A stretch of DNA of 64,000 nucleotides from Ruditapes philippinarum (lineage: Eukaryota). Positions 27,601 through 41,300 of the stretch are shown piece after piece (positions within the stretch are counted from its first letter, which is position 1; each line of letters begins with the position of its first letter). Made by a program: the position numbers and the translations under genes. The stretch spans positions 62,001 through 126,000 of the forward strand of contig NW_026861919.1 in NCBI RefSeq assembly GCF_026571515.1, read 5' to 3'. The notes under the pieces were generated by a model. The model was not told where the DNA came from, made no database searches, and was given only the letters and a program-made list of their open reading frames with translations.

Positions 27601-30600
27601 GTGTTTTACTATTTTGAACATATGTGCCGTTTGACCGTGGCCTACACTTTACAAAATTCTTTCGACACTTTTTTTTTCAATTCTTATCTTACACTGATGA
27701 ATAGCTTATTCTAGTTTAAAAAATGGACACATTCATTTAAGATCTTTAGCGTAATAAGGGTTGATTTAAATTCAAAATATGGTAAACAAGACCAACAAGG
27801 AAAGGTGGGGTTCAATAAACGCATAGCAACAAAGTCCAGCGGTCAGGAGCCCAGGAGGACGAACAATGTCATTTTATCCTACGGTACTTTTTGTATGTGA
27901 ATGGAAAATATCGCAATCAAACAGCAGAACTAATTAAATTCGTGTTGAATTCTAGTTCCTGATTTCAGACACACTGTTTCAGTGCGTTACTAGTACTTCT
28001 CGGTCACTCATCTGTCATGTTTGCTTCAATATGCAACATGCGTCATTTCAAATTTACCTGCAGACAAAAGTGCAGCAGTAAATGACGAAAAGGTAATCAC
28101 CAGATGGAATGTCAGTTATATCACATATTTATCAAACCTGAACCTAAAGCATATTTGATTAATGTAAATAAATGATTATAAAGTAAAAACAGATTGAGTC
28201 AGTGATTACTTATATAGACTCTTTTGAAATGGATACCGATTAAGCTGGTGCAATAGAGGGGGGGGGGGGGGGGGGGTTTAACGATGATGCAATATCATTA
28301 TCGCTCACAGAGACTTTATTTCTATTTACCAGTTGCGATTGGAAACATCCAGTTTTCAAGTGTGGTTTTTATCTGAATGATCTGTGACAAAAACTGTGAG
28401 CGATGTTAGTTCAGATGTACTAGCAAACAGACAATTTTACTGTACATGCCACCTGGCGCCGGTTTAAGCAATGATTATCATCGTTTAATCATCGTTCAGT
28501 CAAGCCTTATAGAAATTCCGCCTAAGAATCCATGTGGAAGTGAAAATTTGCTGGGCAAAGGTACAAGTCAAAGGAGTTAGTATCACTTAAATTAGAAAAA
28601 AGGAATAAATAAAAACAACGAAATGTCGCATGATAGAAGCCCAGTGAATAAATTTTGAAAGAACGTTAGGGGATTTTAAGCCTGTAATTTGTTAACAAGA
28701 TGCCCTCGAACTATAGACGTTCTAACTGAAAGAAAAAAAATAACTAAAAAAGAGAGATTGATAGAATCTCTAAAGAACACCCAAAACGGCAAATGAAAAT
28801 ATTGCAGGTCCGTTTTGATTGATCCTGTTGATGGATTTGTCGTATAGCTGGTTGCACAGGCTAATGAGTCATACACGCTATATTCAAAAAGAATGACAAG
28901 TCAACATGTATATACATATAATAAGGTTTTTATTTCTTAATGTGCACTATGGAACATGACATGATTTATGAGTATTATAGTGCAGGAGATGCATACGGAC
29001 TGACCTTATGTCAGGATGATTTATATATGTAACTCTAAAACGTGTGTATTTATATACATTATAAAATGTCCTTAGGACAGGTTGATATTATATATACTAT
29101 TCTCAAATGTCAGAGTGGGAGTTCAACTTTGGTATTCCACTCGTTCACATGTGTGTTTGTATTTGTATATTAAAAGTATGTAACATCCGTGAGTTCTTTC
29201 TCCGTTATACGACAACGGTTGATTTGGCGCCTAAGACCAGCGATGTCGAAGCGACGATTTTGGACAGCGGGACACAACGAAGTACCTGAAACAGAAAATT
29301 AAAGGTGAGTGATCGTTTATATACCTGTAACTTGCTAATTTTGAAGATGTCAGATCAAGATATAGCTACAATTTTTGAAAATTTGTCAGATAAATTGAAC
29401 AATATTTCAACTATCATAGGTACACAGGATTTATCAGAAATAGTACAAAATTTTGATGGAAATTCTAAATATTTTAATGACTGGATAAAATCTATAGAAA
29501 AATATGCTATTTTAAAAGGTTTGGATGATAATAAAATAAAATTAGTCGCATTTCAATCAAGTAAAGGGACTGTAAGCGATTTTATATGTAGATATTTGCG
29601 TGATAATCACCGTAATTCGTGGGAACAATTAAAAGAAGAAATAAGTACTAGATTTGGGGAAATTAAAGATTTACATCATGAATTTTATCTTTTGAGAAAT
29701 TTAAAACAAGATTTGGGAGAAAGTGTTCAAATTTTTTTGGGGAAAAATTTATTAATTGTGCTGAAACCGCTTATGAAAATTATAAAACTAGGAGATAATA
29801 GTTTAATTGAACTTCAGTTAGTAGAATTGTTTACGGATAATTTAGCGCATAATTATTTAAAACTTAAACTTATGAGAGAAAAGCCAAAAACTTTACAAGA
29901 AGCAATTACTTGCGCAATGAATGAACAGAATTTCAGAGCTAGATTTTCTGCCAGAGTAAAATTTTCTAATGCTCAAAATCACGCAAAATACATGAATTAC
30001 AAAGCAAATAATTTTAATCATTATTATACAAGAAATTTTTGCGTGTACTGTAAGAGACCAGGTCACCATGTGCGTAGTTGTAGATTTAGGAAAAATGAAA
30101 TATATTTTGTATTTCACCGACAAAATTTTTCACGATTTAAGAAAAATAATAGCAATAATAGTTTGAAATCAAAGATTAAGTGCTGGAAATGTAATAATTT
30201 TGGTCATATTATGCGTGAATGTCGTAAACAAAATTTTTACGACAGAAACAAAATAAATTTTCAGGAAAACTAGCAAGTTCCTGTCACAAAGGGGTCATTG
30301 ACAGGAACGATAAAATACCAAAATAGATTCAATGTCTCTAGGACTTCAAAGCATAGTCCATTTTATTTGTTATATAACCGTGATCCAATTCTCCCGGTGG
30401 ACCTGTTGCTACAACCAAGGCAGCGCTATCATGGCGAAGAATATCACAAAATTGCATTACAAGAACAACATAATACTTTTCTATCTGTTTATAAGAACCT
30501 TAAAAAAGCAAAACGAGAACAAGCTAGCTATGCAGATAAGACCGCAAAAGATATCAAATTTGAAATAGGCGATCCCGTATTTTATAAGAATTTTCGTAAG

Positions 30601-32335
30601 AGAAGCAAACTAGATGTGAATTGGAAGCCATTTTATAGAATTATGGAGAAAAGGTCACCATTAACTTATATAATAAAAAATCAGTTTGACAATTCAACAG
30701 TTAAAGTCCATGCAGAACAAATTAGGCTCGCAAATATTAATGACTGGTCAATACCAAAAGCAGATGAAACTGGCCGACCAAAAAGAAATGCCACATTTGT
30801 AGTAACACCTGAAAATAGCGATACTGATGATGCTTCAGAAATACCAGAATCAGTATTACCCCAAGTTGCTAAGAATGTAAGAAAAAGAAAGATCAAATTC
30901 TGATAGTGAAGATGATATTCCATTAGCCGAATTACAGAAACATCTTCGACAACAACAACAAATTTCAAATAATGAAAATGTTCAAAGTAATGCACATTCA
31001 GAAGAAATGCAATCGCAGACTGATTCAGAATTAAATAGCAATCCTCAGTCACTAGCAGCATATAATGCTATTCAGACAGATTCAATGGCTGAGGATAATG
31101 ATTCAGATAATGAAATGTTTATAAACTCTGTTTCTACTAAAAAGAAAAGTATTGTAAAACCACGATATAAAGTATCTGGTAAGGTAAACACAAAGGTACA
31201 TAATAATAATAAACGCTTGAAACCGAATGTTAAAATGTTTTTACAGGATTAGCCAGTATGCTATAGAAAGTTATATTCCGTGTTATGTGCTATACTAATT
31301 TTCGGTAAATTGACCTCAGGCATTGTAAATAGTTATTATAGAAAAAAATATATATGTTACAAGAAACGATAATAAAACAAAACAGAAAATTACATTATTT
31401 AATCATATATCTTTATATTTTTGGTGGTTGTATTCATTAATATCAATTTTCAACTTGCTTTTATTAGAAATATATCTTTGATTTTTTATTATTGCTTAAA
31501 ATGATCGTTATTCGCTATATGTTTATAAATAGATCGGTTAATTAAAATGCATTTCAAAGTAAATGACAGCACTTAATCATGAGTTTCAAATTGATTATTT
31601 ACTTTATTTCATATTAGAATAACATGTGTATACATACATGTTTCAACTGTCAACGCACAATCATTAAATAAAGTTTAAATTGGGATAAGTCTTATTGTCG
31701 AAATAAAACTAAAGTTAATAGCTTAGTTAAAAACTAACAAAATATGTCTAGAAAAGTAAATTTTTTTTTTAAATATCAAGTATTACATAAATAAGATACT
31801 TACACTAGAGAACATCTTTCATTGGAATTCTTATCCTATGCATTTTATGACAGTTGTCTTGTTGTTCATATATCTGAAACAAAATTATGTTTATTGTATA
31901 TAATATCTATTAACCGATCTGACACCGGACGAAAATGCAAAATATTGGTCTAACGATCACTTGTCGTCCAGCCAAGACAGAGAGGTGCGAGCGAATTCGC
32001 CGGTACAGTAAAACACCGCCTGACTAGAAATATTACAGTCAGCCTCTACGATGTCATCTATGTACAACAAAAAAAAACCATGCAGATATAACCATAAACA
32101 CCTTCTTCGATGTAAAACCATGCAGATATAACCATAAACACCTTCTTCGATGTAAAACCATGCAGATATAACCATAAACACCTTCTTCGATGTACAACCA
32201 TGCAGATATAACCATAAACACCTTCTTCGATGTAAAACCATGCAGATATAACCATAAACACCTTCTTCGATGTAAAATTATATGAAATAAGCGTCTACGA
32301 TGTTTAAAATATATAACTATGCTGACACAGCCGTC

Positions 32336-32379
<44 letters not shown>

Positions 32380-35300
32380 AATTGTGGAATCAAATAAACT
32401 TTTGTTCCTGTCTTCAACCAGAGAAGCCGAAAACTTCCGTTTATCAATAGAATGTGTTTTTCTATGTGTTATATAAACTTAAAAACAAAAACCCAGAGAA
32501 ATACTGATGACAACTTCTTATCAAAATAATTATTTGTGCGCGACAGAGATATCCAAAATAAATATCACATAAACATTTGCAAGAATCGTGCAACAGCAAA
32601 CTGTTAATTTAATTATCTTTTACTCAAAAACATTGCTACATAAATGAAGAATTATAGATCTATCATCACTTTGTTGTATTGTTCAATACAAGACATTTTA
32701 CAACGACGAAACAAGAATAGCGTTTACAGATGTGCCAATAAATATTCGAATATAACTTTATCAACTTGTGTATAAAGTCTACGTTTACACATATCAAATA
32801 CATATATATAAATTTTAAAGAATCTTCAACAACATCAACCATTTATGAACAATTATGAGTGTCAATTTAAAATTATTCTTTAGAAAGCTACATACCAACG
32901 ATTTGAAATTCCCGACACGTCACGACCACCAAGCCATACGATGTCAGCAAGTACCTGTTACAAAAAAATATACCTGTCACAGGAAGTGTTCAATGCGCAT
33001 GCACAATACACGTTTTACAGGAAATGAAACACCTGGACATTTTATCAATTATCAATTGTTTATAATATTTTTTAAACTTTTTCGTATATAAATATCTTTT
33101 CTACTCTTATCATACATATAATTCTGTTAAATTTTATACCTTAAAGTTTTTCTAATTAATATTCTTAAAATAATTTGTTCTTTGAAAATTGTTAACTTAT
33201 TTGTTTGTTTTTTTATGTTTTCTTGATCTCTAGAAATTAACTTTTTTTTCTTTTTTTTTATGATGAAATAAAGGAAATTTAATATTTATTGAAAAACTTA
33301 TAAAGCTATAATATTTACCTTATGTCACTTTAATATTATTTGTAGAATAACAGTTATATTAACTGATTAAAAATTTCGAAAAGATTATCTTTACATTTAA
33401 CAATAATTATTTTTTTTACTTATTAAAAACATTACAAAATTGTTGAAGTAAATTATAACTTACCCGACTGCAGTATCCGAAAACTTTTTAAAAAGTGACA
33501 AGAAAATATATTGAGCGAATATTTCCGAATATTGTTTCCTAAGGCGTTTTTCTTTTTTCAAAATAAAGTAACAAAAGTCGTTAGATAACATCTCTGACCG
33601 GACATCTCTGACCGGATATTACCTTAAGGGTAAAACAGATGTCAAGTTGATTTTAGATTTTTATAATTTGTTAGAACGAGTTTGAAATGTTTGATATTAA
33701 ATAATAACTTGTTCAATACTTTTTTTTTTAAATATTTTTTTTTATAAGTAATGGAGGAATTGTCGTATAGCTGGTTGCACAGGCTAATGAGTCATACACG
33801 CTATATTCAAAAAGAATGACAAGTCAACATGTATATACATATAATAAGGTTTTTATTTCTTAATGTGCACTATGGAACATGACATGATTTATGAGTATTA
33901 TAGTGCAGGAGATGCATACGGACTGACCTTATGTCAGGATGATTTATATATGTAACTCTAAAACGTGTGTATTTATATACATTATAAAATGTCCTTAGGA
34001 CAGGTTGATATTATATATACTATTCTCAAATGTCAGAGTGGGAGTCGGCTTTGGTATTCCACTCGTTCACATGTGTGTTTGTATTTGTATATTAAAAGTA
34101 TGTAACATCCGTGAGTTCTTTCTCCGTTATACGACAGATTGCAGTGGTATTTGCCAGCTACCGCCAACGCCCCTAGTATTTTTAGATTTGTACTTTGTAT
34201 TCCATTTAACAACGCTTACAAAACACTGACCTAAGCCCCATCAAAACAAAAACACAATTTTGTGCTGAAAGTATATTATTAAACAGAAATACAAGTCATT
34301 CTTTATCTTGCGATAGTGTTTTTGAGTAATATTAACTTAAAGGAATCTGCTTCTTCTCGCAGGTGGCAACACAAATCGATTTGTTCATAATAAATCAGAA
34401 TTAACCATTAGCAGAACCAAACAATGGATTACTCAAGACAATGCTCTTACTGAATCGCGAAAACGTTTTTGTTTTGTCACAGCTAAATGTATACATGTGA
34501 TTTTGAATGATTGCATTCACACCAGTAATGTATACCATAGGAAAAAAACTTGTGCTGTCAATGATACTAATCAGTTTACCATGATATTGGCCAAGATGCT
34601 TTGTAAAAGGAACACCCGTAGTAATTTGGAATCACCTTTATGAAGTCCATCAGTTAGCAACAATGGTGTCAAATTTGAAAATATTATCACAGACAATGAG
34701 AGTATTTTAGGTTTAAATGTCATAGAATACCAACAATTTGAGGCCTACATTTTTCTAAGTAACGGCAAAGATTTACAATCTTTGATGCAATTTAAATGTT
34801 GCAACATTGCTCTGTAAGCCGTTCGACGCAAAGAGAGGGTCTACAGTATTAGGTAATGACTAACAGTTTTAGTAGTTCCGATGTTTAAGTTCTTTTCGGT
34901 CATGATGAGTTTAATCAACATAGCCCCCCACACACAATATGGTGGTAAAGAAAGACGCTTTTACATGATCAAATATAAAATGTCATATAGTGGCTACCCA
35001 TTAATGTTTTTGACTAGCTTTATTAGTCAGTTAAGAGATGTTTGGTAAATTTCGTCGTTTAAACTCAAAACAATTCCAGAATAAATTTATATTTAGAAAA
35101 CAAGAGTGAAGATAGATCAATAATGTATTCTTTTGAAATCATTCATGTGGGAATACTCAGTAAATAATTGAGTGCTTTAAGCATTTTTACTATTGCTTTA
35201 AAGTTATTCCGATAGGCTATAATTAGACACCAATCAATGACCTCTGTTAACTGTGAAGGTTATACTCTCATAGTAAACATGTCTTGTCGTCCAATGACTT

Positions 35301-38300
35301 GCATAATCATCAAGCGAAATATTATCATTTTAAAGATTTTGTTTTATATCGATAACTTTATATTTCATTCAACAATGCTTTCTGAACATTGAGTTAAGCC
35401 CCCTCCTCCTGCTTCGTCATTTTTATACTTATTTTTGTTCTCATGTTCGGTACCATGATAAGTTCCCTTTTCGGTGATGCCTTGGGGCTTGATTTTGTTT
35501 CGGTTGCATTTCGGTAAAGGTTTCTTATTCGTCTTTGTACTCATCCATGAATAAAAAGATGTAATCAAATATTTTATTTAATGTGTCAGTCTTAAAAATA
35601 ATGTTTTGGTCATTTAATGATCCATGCACGTTTAGTATTTTTAATTTAATATATTTACTTCTTGCGGCAAGTTATACTTTTCCACCTTCTATTAAACATT
35701 TTTTTCTGAATAAGAACAATATTTTTACAGCTCTGGAAAGGAAGATTACACGAGACTTGGTTTATACAGAATTTATTTTAGTTCGATCGTGTAGGAAGCT
35801 ATAAGCTTATAGACACACTTTCGAATCCGTTCCTCGAACCAACCAGTTCTGAACAATGAGTGTAAAGAACAACGACTGGCCCCTGACGGGGTTTAAACCC
35901 ATGCGACTAGCTTCAAGTTTCAAGTTTTTTATTTCAACTAGGCCCATATGGGCATCAGTTTTATAAACAGTAAAATTTCACAAACAAATGAGCATTAACA
36001 AAATAATACAGATGTGTAAATAAAGCTTGAGACAAAATAATTTGCATGATAAATACAAAAATAAGACTAGAGATTCTTAAATTATGAATGACTTTACAAA
36101 TGAGTGACTAGAATGATACATAATGCAACCGCACAATGAAAGTTCCTGACCAAAACGCAAATGAAGTGATGCAGCGACATGGTGTAACCACAACATGGGG
36201 CCCATAAAGCCCCACACTGCAACCACACCACGCCGGTACAATTAGTTCCACAAAAATTAAATAGGAAGTGTCACAATGCGATTACAAATGTCATGAGACC
36301 TTAAAGATGAAAAAATAACAAAAAAATAAATAAAATACATAAAAATAGATAAAAGTAAATAATGAAAATAAAGACAATATTTGGCAATAGATACTGACTA
36401 GAAGGTGGTAAACATTATTTCACAATAGACATTATTCTTTGTGTAAAAACAGACAGTTTGATTAATACAGTTCTATCAGTATTTTGAAATAATTGCTGTA
36501 AATTAAACATGTTACCTCTTCGTAAATTAATGGGCAAGTACTTTCTACGATAAATGTTAAAATAAGGACATTGAAAAATATAATAAAACTCACCACCTAA
36601 TAAAGAGTTATTTGGACAGAGATGGCAATATCTTAAATCATGATCCAAACCTATATAACGACCCTTTTCAATAGGGAGTTTATGGTTACTACATCTAAAC
36701 CTACACAGCGATAAGGCTAGATTTCTAGGTAAAAGTTTAAAATAGGCTTCTAACTCAAATGAGGATTTAAAAATTCTGTAAGTGATACATTTGCTAGAGT
36801 TAAACACTTGTTCATGCTACATTTGAACATATTGGTCTTTGATTCTAGATTTGACAATATTTTTAAAATAAGAAGGTGATAACACAGATTGGTTTATCCA
36901 GTATTCAGCAAAACCAAGCTCTTGCAATGACTTTTTAACATAAACTATCCATGGGGAGAGATATACGTTTTGACGGTCCAATTCAAACATTAGTTTGTAC
37001 ATAATATTACATACTTTATCAGGTTTCGAATTAATGATTTTGCACCAAAAATTTAGGACTCTACATTTTATGACACAATCAATTGGAAGAGTACCAAGCT
37101 CCCCAAATATCATAACACTAGGAGTGGACTTTTTGACACTCATTATGAGTTTAAGATATTTCAACTGAAATTGCTTTACAATATCAATGTTACCTACACC
37201 CCACACTTCTACACCATATAACAATAACAAAATAGGAGTGACCATGGAGTCAAAAAGTTGTAACTGTAAATCTATATCAAGACAAAGAGTTCTGGATTTT
37301 TTAAGTACAGCAAACATAGCTTTTCTAGCTTGGTCACACAGGTATTTAGTAGTTTTATTGAACTTACCATTATAATTAAACTTAACACCTAAGTAGCTAA
37401 AATCCTCAACAATATCAAGTATGGCATTGTTAAATTAACAAGAAGGAGTATTTCTACATTTCCCTTTTGAAAAAATCACCACTTTAGTTTTGGCTGTATT
37501 TACTTGAAGTTTCCATAACTCGCAATAAGTAGACATAGCATCTAGTGCTAATTGAAAATCAGATGCAGATTCTGCAAAAATTACAGTATCATCAGCATAA
37601 AGCAGTAAAAACAATTTAAAGTAAACCTCTACTATACCATCACTTAGTACATTTTTAATAGACTGCGAAAGTAAATCTAAACCATTATACGTATTTGAGA
37701 TATGTTCTACAAGATCATTCAGGAAGACAGAAAAAAGAATGGGTGATAGGTTTTCACCTTGACGGACACCTGTTGCACTTGTAAAATATGTTGATAAACC
37801 CTGAGTGCTTTTTACACAGGATTTAGCTTTGTCGTAAATACTATAAATTACCCTTAGCATTTTACCATCTACATTGTGCTTTAAAAGTTTCATCCATAAA
37901 AAAGTTCTATTTACAGAATCGAAAGCTTTTTTATAATCCACAAATGCACAATATAATTTCTTATTCTTACTTAGATAAAAATCAACTAACAGTTTCAAAG
38001 TAAATATATGATCTACAGTTCCATAATCTTTACGAAAACCAGCCTGCTCTTCACATAACAGTCCTGAATTTTCTAGAAAAGTATTAAGTCTGTTATTAAG
38101 AATACTTGTGAATAATTTTCCTAAACAACTTAAAATAGTGATTCCTCTGTAGTTGTCTGGGTTATTTACATCACCCTTTTTTTATAAATAGGAAAAATAA
38201 CTCCTTTGCACCAGACTTCTGGGACACATGCTGATTCAAAAATGATATTAAACAATTTATTTAGAACAGGCAGCATAATATCTTTAGAGTACTTGATATA

Positions 38301-41300
38301 CTCATTCAATATATTGTCATGTAAAGAACAAGCTTTATTATTACTTAAACCATTAATTGCATTCAATATTTCACTGTTAGTTATAGTGGAGTTCAATTCA
38401 AATTTATAATCTGATATATTGGTTATATCAAAATCAACATTCTCTCCCTCATTATTTTCATTCAATTTACTGAAATGTTCATAAAAAGCCTCTGCACTAA
38501 TATTAGACATAATTTTATTTCTTTCTCCCGAGTATTTATTCAGTAAAGACCAATATGCTTTAGCGATTATTAGATTACTAGTCCGACGCGTTAACCACTC
38601 GGTCATGCCGCCACTACTCAAAAGTTAAAACAGAAAGAAAAGTTACACAAAAATTCTAATGAACAAAACGATACAGAATCTATCTTGTTATCTAACATTA
38701 TACCGTTTGCCTTTTTAAGAAAAAATGGGACAACATTGATTTGTAGAAAAGAAAATTAAGTTTAGGATGTAGAGATAACATAATTATCCAACTTTATTAC
38801 GCAAAAGTGAAAATTGTATTAAATGACAAATTTTACCACTGTTTGATAGGGATCCGATCGTCAAGTACTTAACTTACAACTTATTTAACGATTTCATTTT
38901 GTACACGACTATGTTTCAGCGGAGATGATGCCTTAGCGTATGTATCATAATTTAGTAAATCACGTGCTATATTAACTTTTTAATTATTATATTGGATCAA
39001 GTATATTTATTTAAATTTTCTTTTTTACTCGACTTTTTTAATTTTCTCGTACATTAACATGCTTTCAAAACTGGTTTTATTTTCAATAAATTAGCTTACT
39101 TTAAAGTCTACTATACAGGGAATCTGCATGTTTACACAATTTTTAAAATACTTTCCATTTTTTACTCATAAACATAGCGCACTCTTATTTATTTTACAGT
39201 TTTATATTATGGTTGCTATTATAGAAAAAATAATGCAAGAAAATAATTAAAAGTAACATTATTTCAATTATTATTTAGCAGTTATTATAAGTACAAAATT
39301 TCATATATTTATGGGGATTTCTGAATGTAAAAATGACAAAATAATTTGTGTTGGTAGGAAACTTCTCACTGATTATTACAATAGAATTGTAAATACAACA
39401 AAGTTATGATTATGTAATCAATGGCACTGTGAATCGAAATTTGAACCGGTCATATTTTTTGCTAACCCTTCTTCATGCTAATCTCTATTTGGTACATCTT
39501 GCCTTTTTTGTCCGTCAATATTCTTAATACAGTCTTCATTATTAATCTTTTTTATCAAGTACATTTAAGATATGTAGCTTTGTAAGGGTCTATTGTTATA
39601 ACACTTCACTCATGGCTAGATCCATGCTGGTCGCAAACCCATTATGTTGGTTTTGTCGTGACACGGCTCATTTATAATTTAGAAGATAAAAATTTGTAAC
39701 AAATCATATTAAATGATAATCTCTTTACCGTTGCCTATTTATTGCTGTTAAGTTCTTTAATCTTCTTGCTAAAAAATTAAAATACAACTATGGCATATTT
39801 TGCGCTATGGCATGATTATAACAAATGTTTTCACATGCAATTTTTATTATAATTGTATATATGACTATGTATATATGCTCATGCTTGTCTTTACATTTGT
39901 TAGGTTTAATTCTTCAAATATATTTCATATGTCTTCTAAACTTAGACATATTTAAGATTATGGTTTAATTGCGATATATATATATATAAAATGCTTGTTA
40001 ACAAGTGAGATGCAAACATTTTAACAAGTCTAGTTATTTAGTACACATATTTAAATTCGTTTTTCGAATACATTCGGCTTCAAGAATAATATTTTCGTCT
40101 TCCTTTGACAGTAAAACATGCAAATTGTATTGCTCTTTTGTTTAAATTTTTCAAAATTTAAATGTTCATATTTACCTTTTAAATATAAGATTATGCATAA
40201 GACATTATAGAGGGCGTAGAAATTAGCTTGCTTACTAAATTTTTATTTTTTTTATATTTTCCTTTTAAATATTGGATTCTTCGTAAGCCATGATAGAGGG
40301 TGTGGAAGTTAGCTCGCACTTTCCAGTACAGTCCATGAAGAAGTTTAATCAAAGCAAGACTGAAACATTTTCAATTTTGTCGTTTTTAGCGTTCTTTACG
40401 GATTCTTTTTTTTTTCTCTCAATTTTAATCATTTTCACTACAAATGCTCTATTAAGCCTATTTTATTACAAATTAACAAACGTCAGAAGCTCTGCTTTCA
40501 TTCACTTAATTTTGACAAGCCGCCAAAGTAAGCATATAAATCTTCTTAAGGTCTATTATCTGAAATCAATTTCGTTGTAGAAGTCTAAGCATATATAGTT
40601 TGTCATCAAAATGTTCAGTCCTTGATTGATGGGATAATGAATAAAGGCAACTCGCTCAATTTCATCAATTTGTTTCTATTTGAAGATAACTGTTATGAAA
40701 GTCAAATAATCTTGTGAAAAATGTATTTGAATTGGATTTCTGTAACATAAGGTTAACATGTTCAAAAAACAATATAAAAAACAACAAATACTTAAATTAA
40801 TTAAAGATTACAAACATGTATTAACATGATTTATTTCTTTTTCGATGAAATATGAATATTCTTATTAGATTTGTATACTAGGTTACAATTTTTTTCTAGA
40901 TTTAAAAAATATTCTATTTTGTTAGACCTTCAGACCTAATGACACAATGTTTTGATGTTACCGTTTTTATCGATAGGGATAATTATTTTCAAAAGAATGA
41001 ATGAAAATGATAACAGTTGTCAAATAAAGTAACATATCATTGCCTTGTTAAAAGGAGGCGGAATAATAAATTTTACCACGCGTAAAACTGAGAAATAAAA
41101 AAAACAATTTTGGGAGAAGTGCGTCCGGTCACAATTTTTCTTCAGCCACTCATTCGACTTTTTGCAAAAATGACATTTCCCAGTTTTAAGTATATCCAAC
41201 GTTTATCTGCAGGAAACTACCATGCTCTTTCCTTTTTCATGATTTCAAACACCACAATAATATAATAAAAGATATACAGATCAAAATATATCACCGATAA

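Larger units (their letters stand above)
28838..34136 (+). mobile_element. Ty3/Gypsy LTR retrotransposon, internally deleted (gag plus integrase C-terminus only), in VGLUT intron 1
   Basis: 377/376-bp LTRs with 9-bp terminal inverted repeat TGTCGTATA...TATACGACA. GATT TSD at 28834-28837 and 34137-34140. PBS-like TGGCGCC at 29225. Purine-rich tract just before the 3' LTR. Confidence 0.95.

Noticed and set aside
28258-28276. Poly-G run (also about 8670-8683) as a G-quadruplex element
   Set aside because: Simple homopolymers of uncertain length with no other support.
28860-28905. Hammerhead-ribozyme-like CTAATGA-GTCAT...ATGAC in the LTR (retrozyme idea)
   Set aside because: The core deviates from CUGANGA and lacks the GAAA after stem II, and no stems I/III are evident.
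32074-32277. CRISPR-like repeats and ORFs 31957-32241 / 32058-32261
   Set aside because: Contiguous 40-bp tandem units with no unique spacers in a eukaryotic retroelement. The ORFs are repeat artefacts.
38166-38621. 151-aa ORF as a novel gene
   Set aside because: Chance fusion of the SINE head ([19 protein letters not shown]) to truncated LINE ORF2, with a frameshift downstream.
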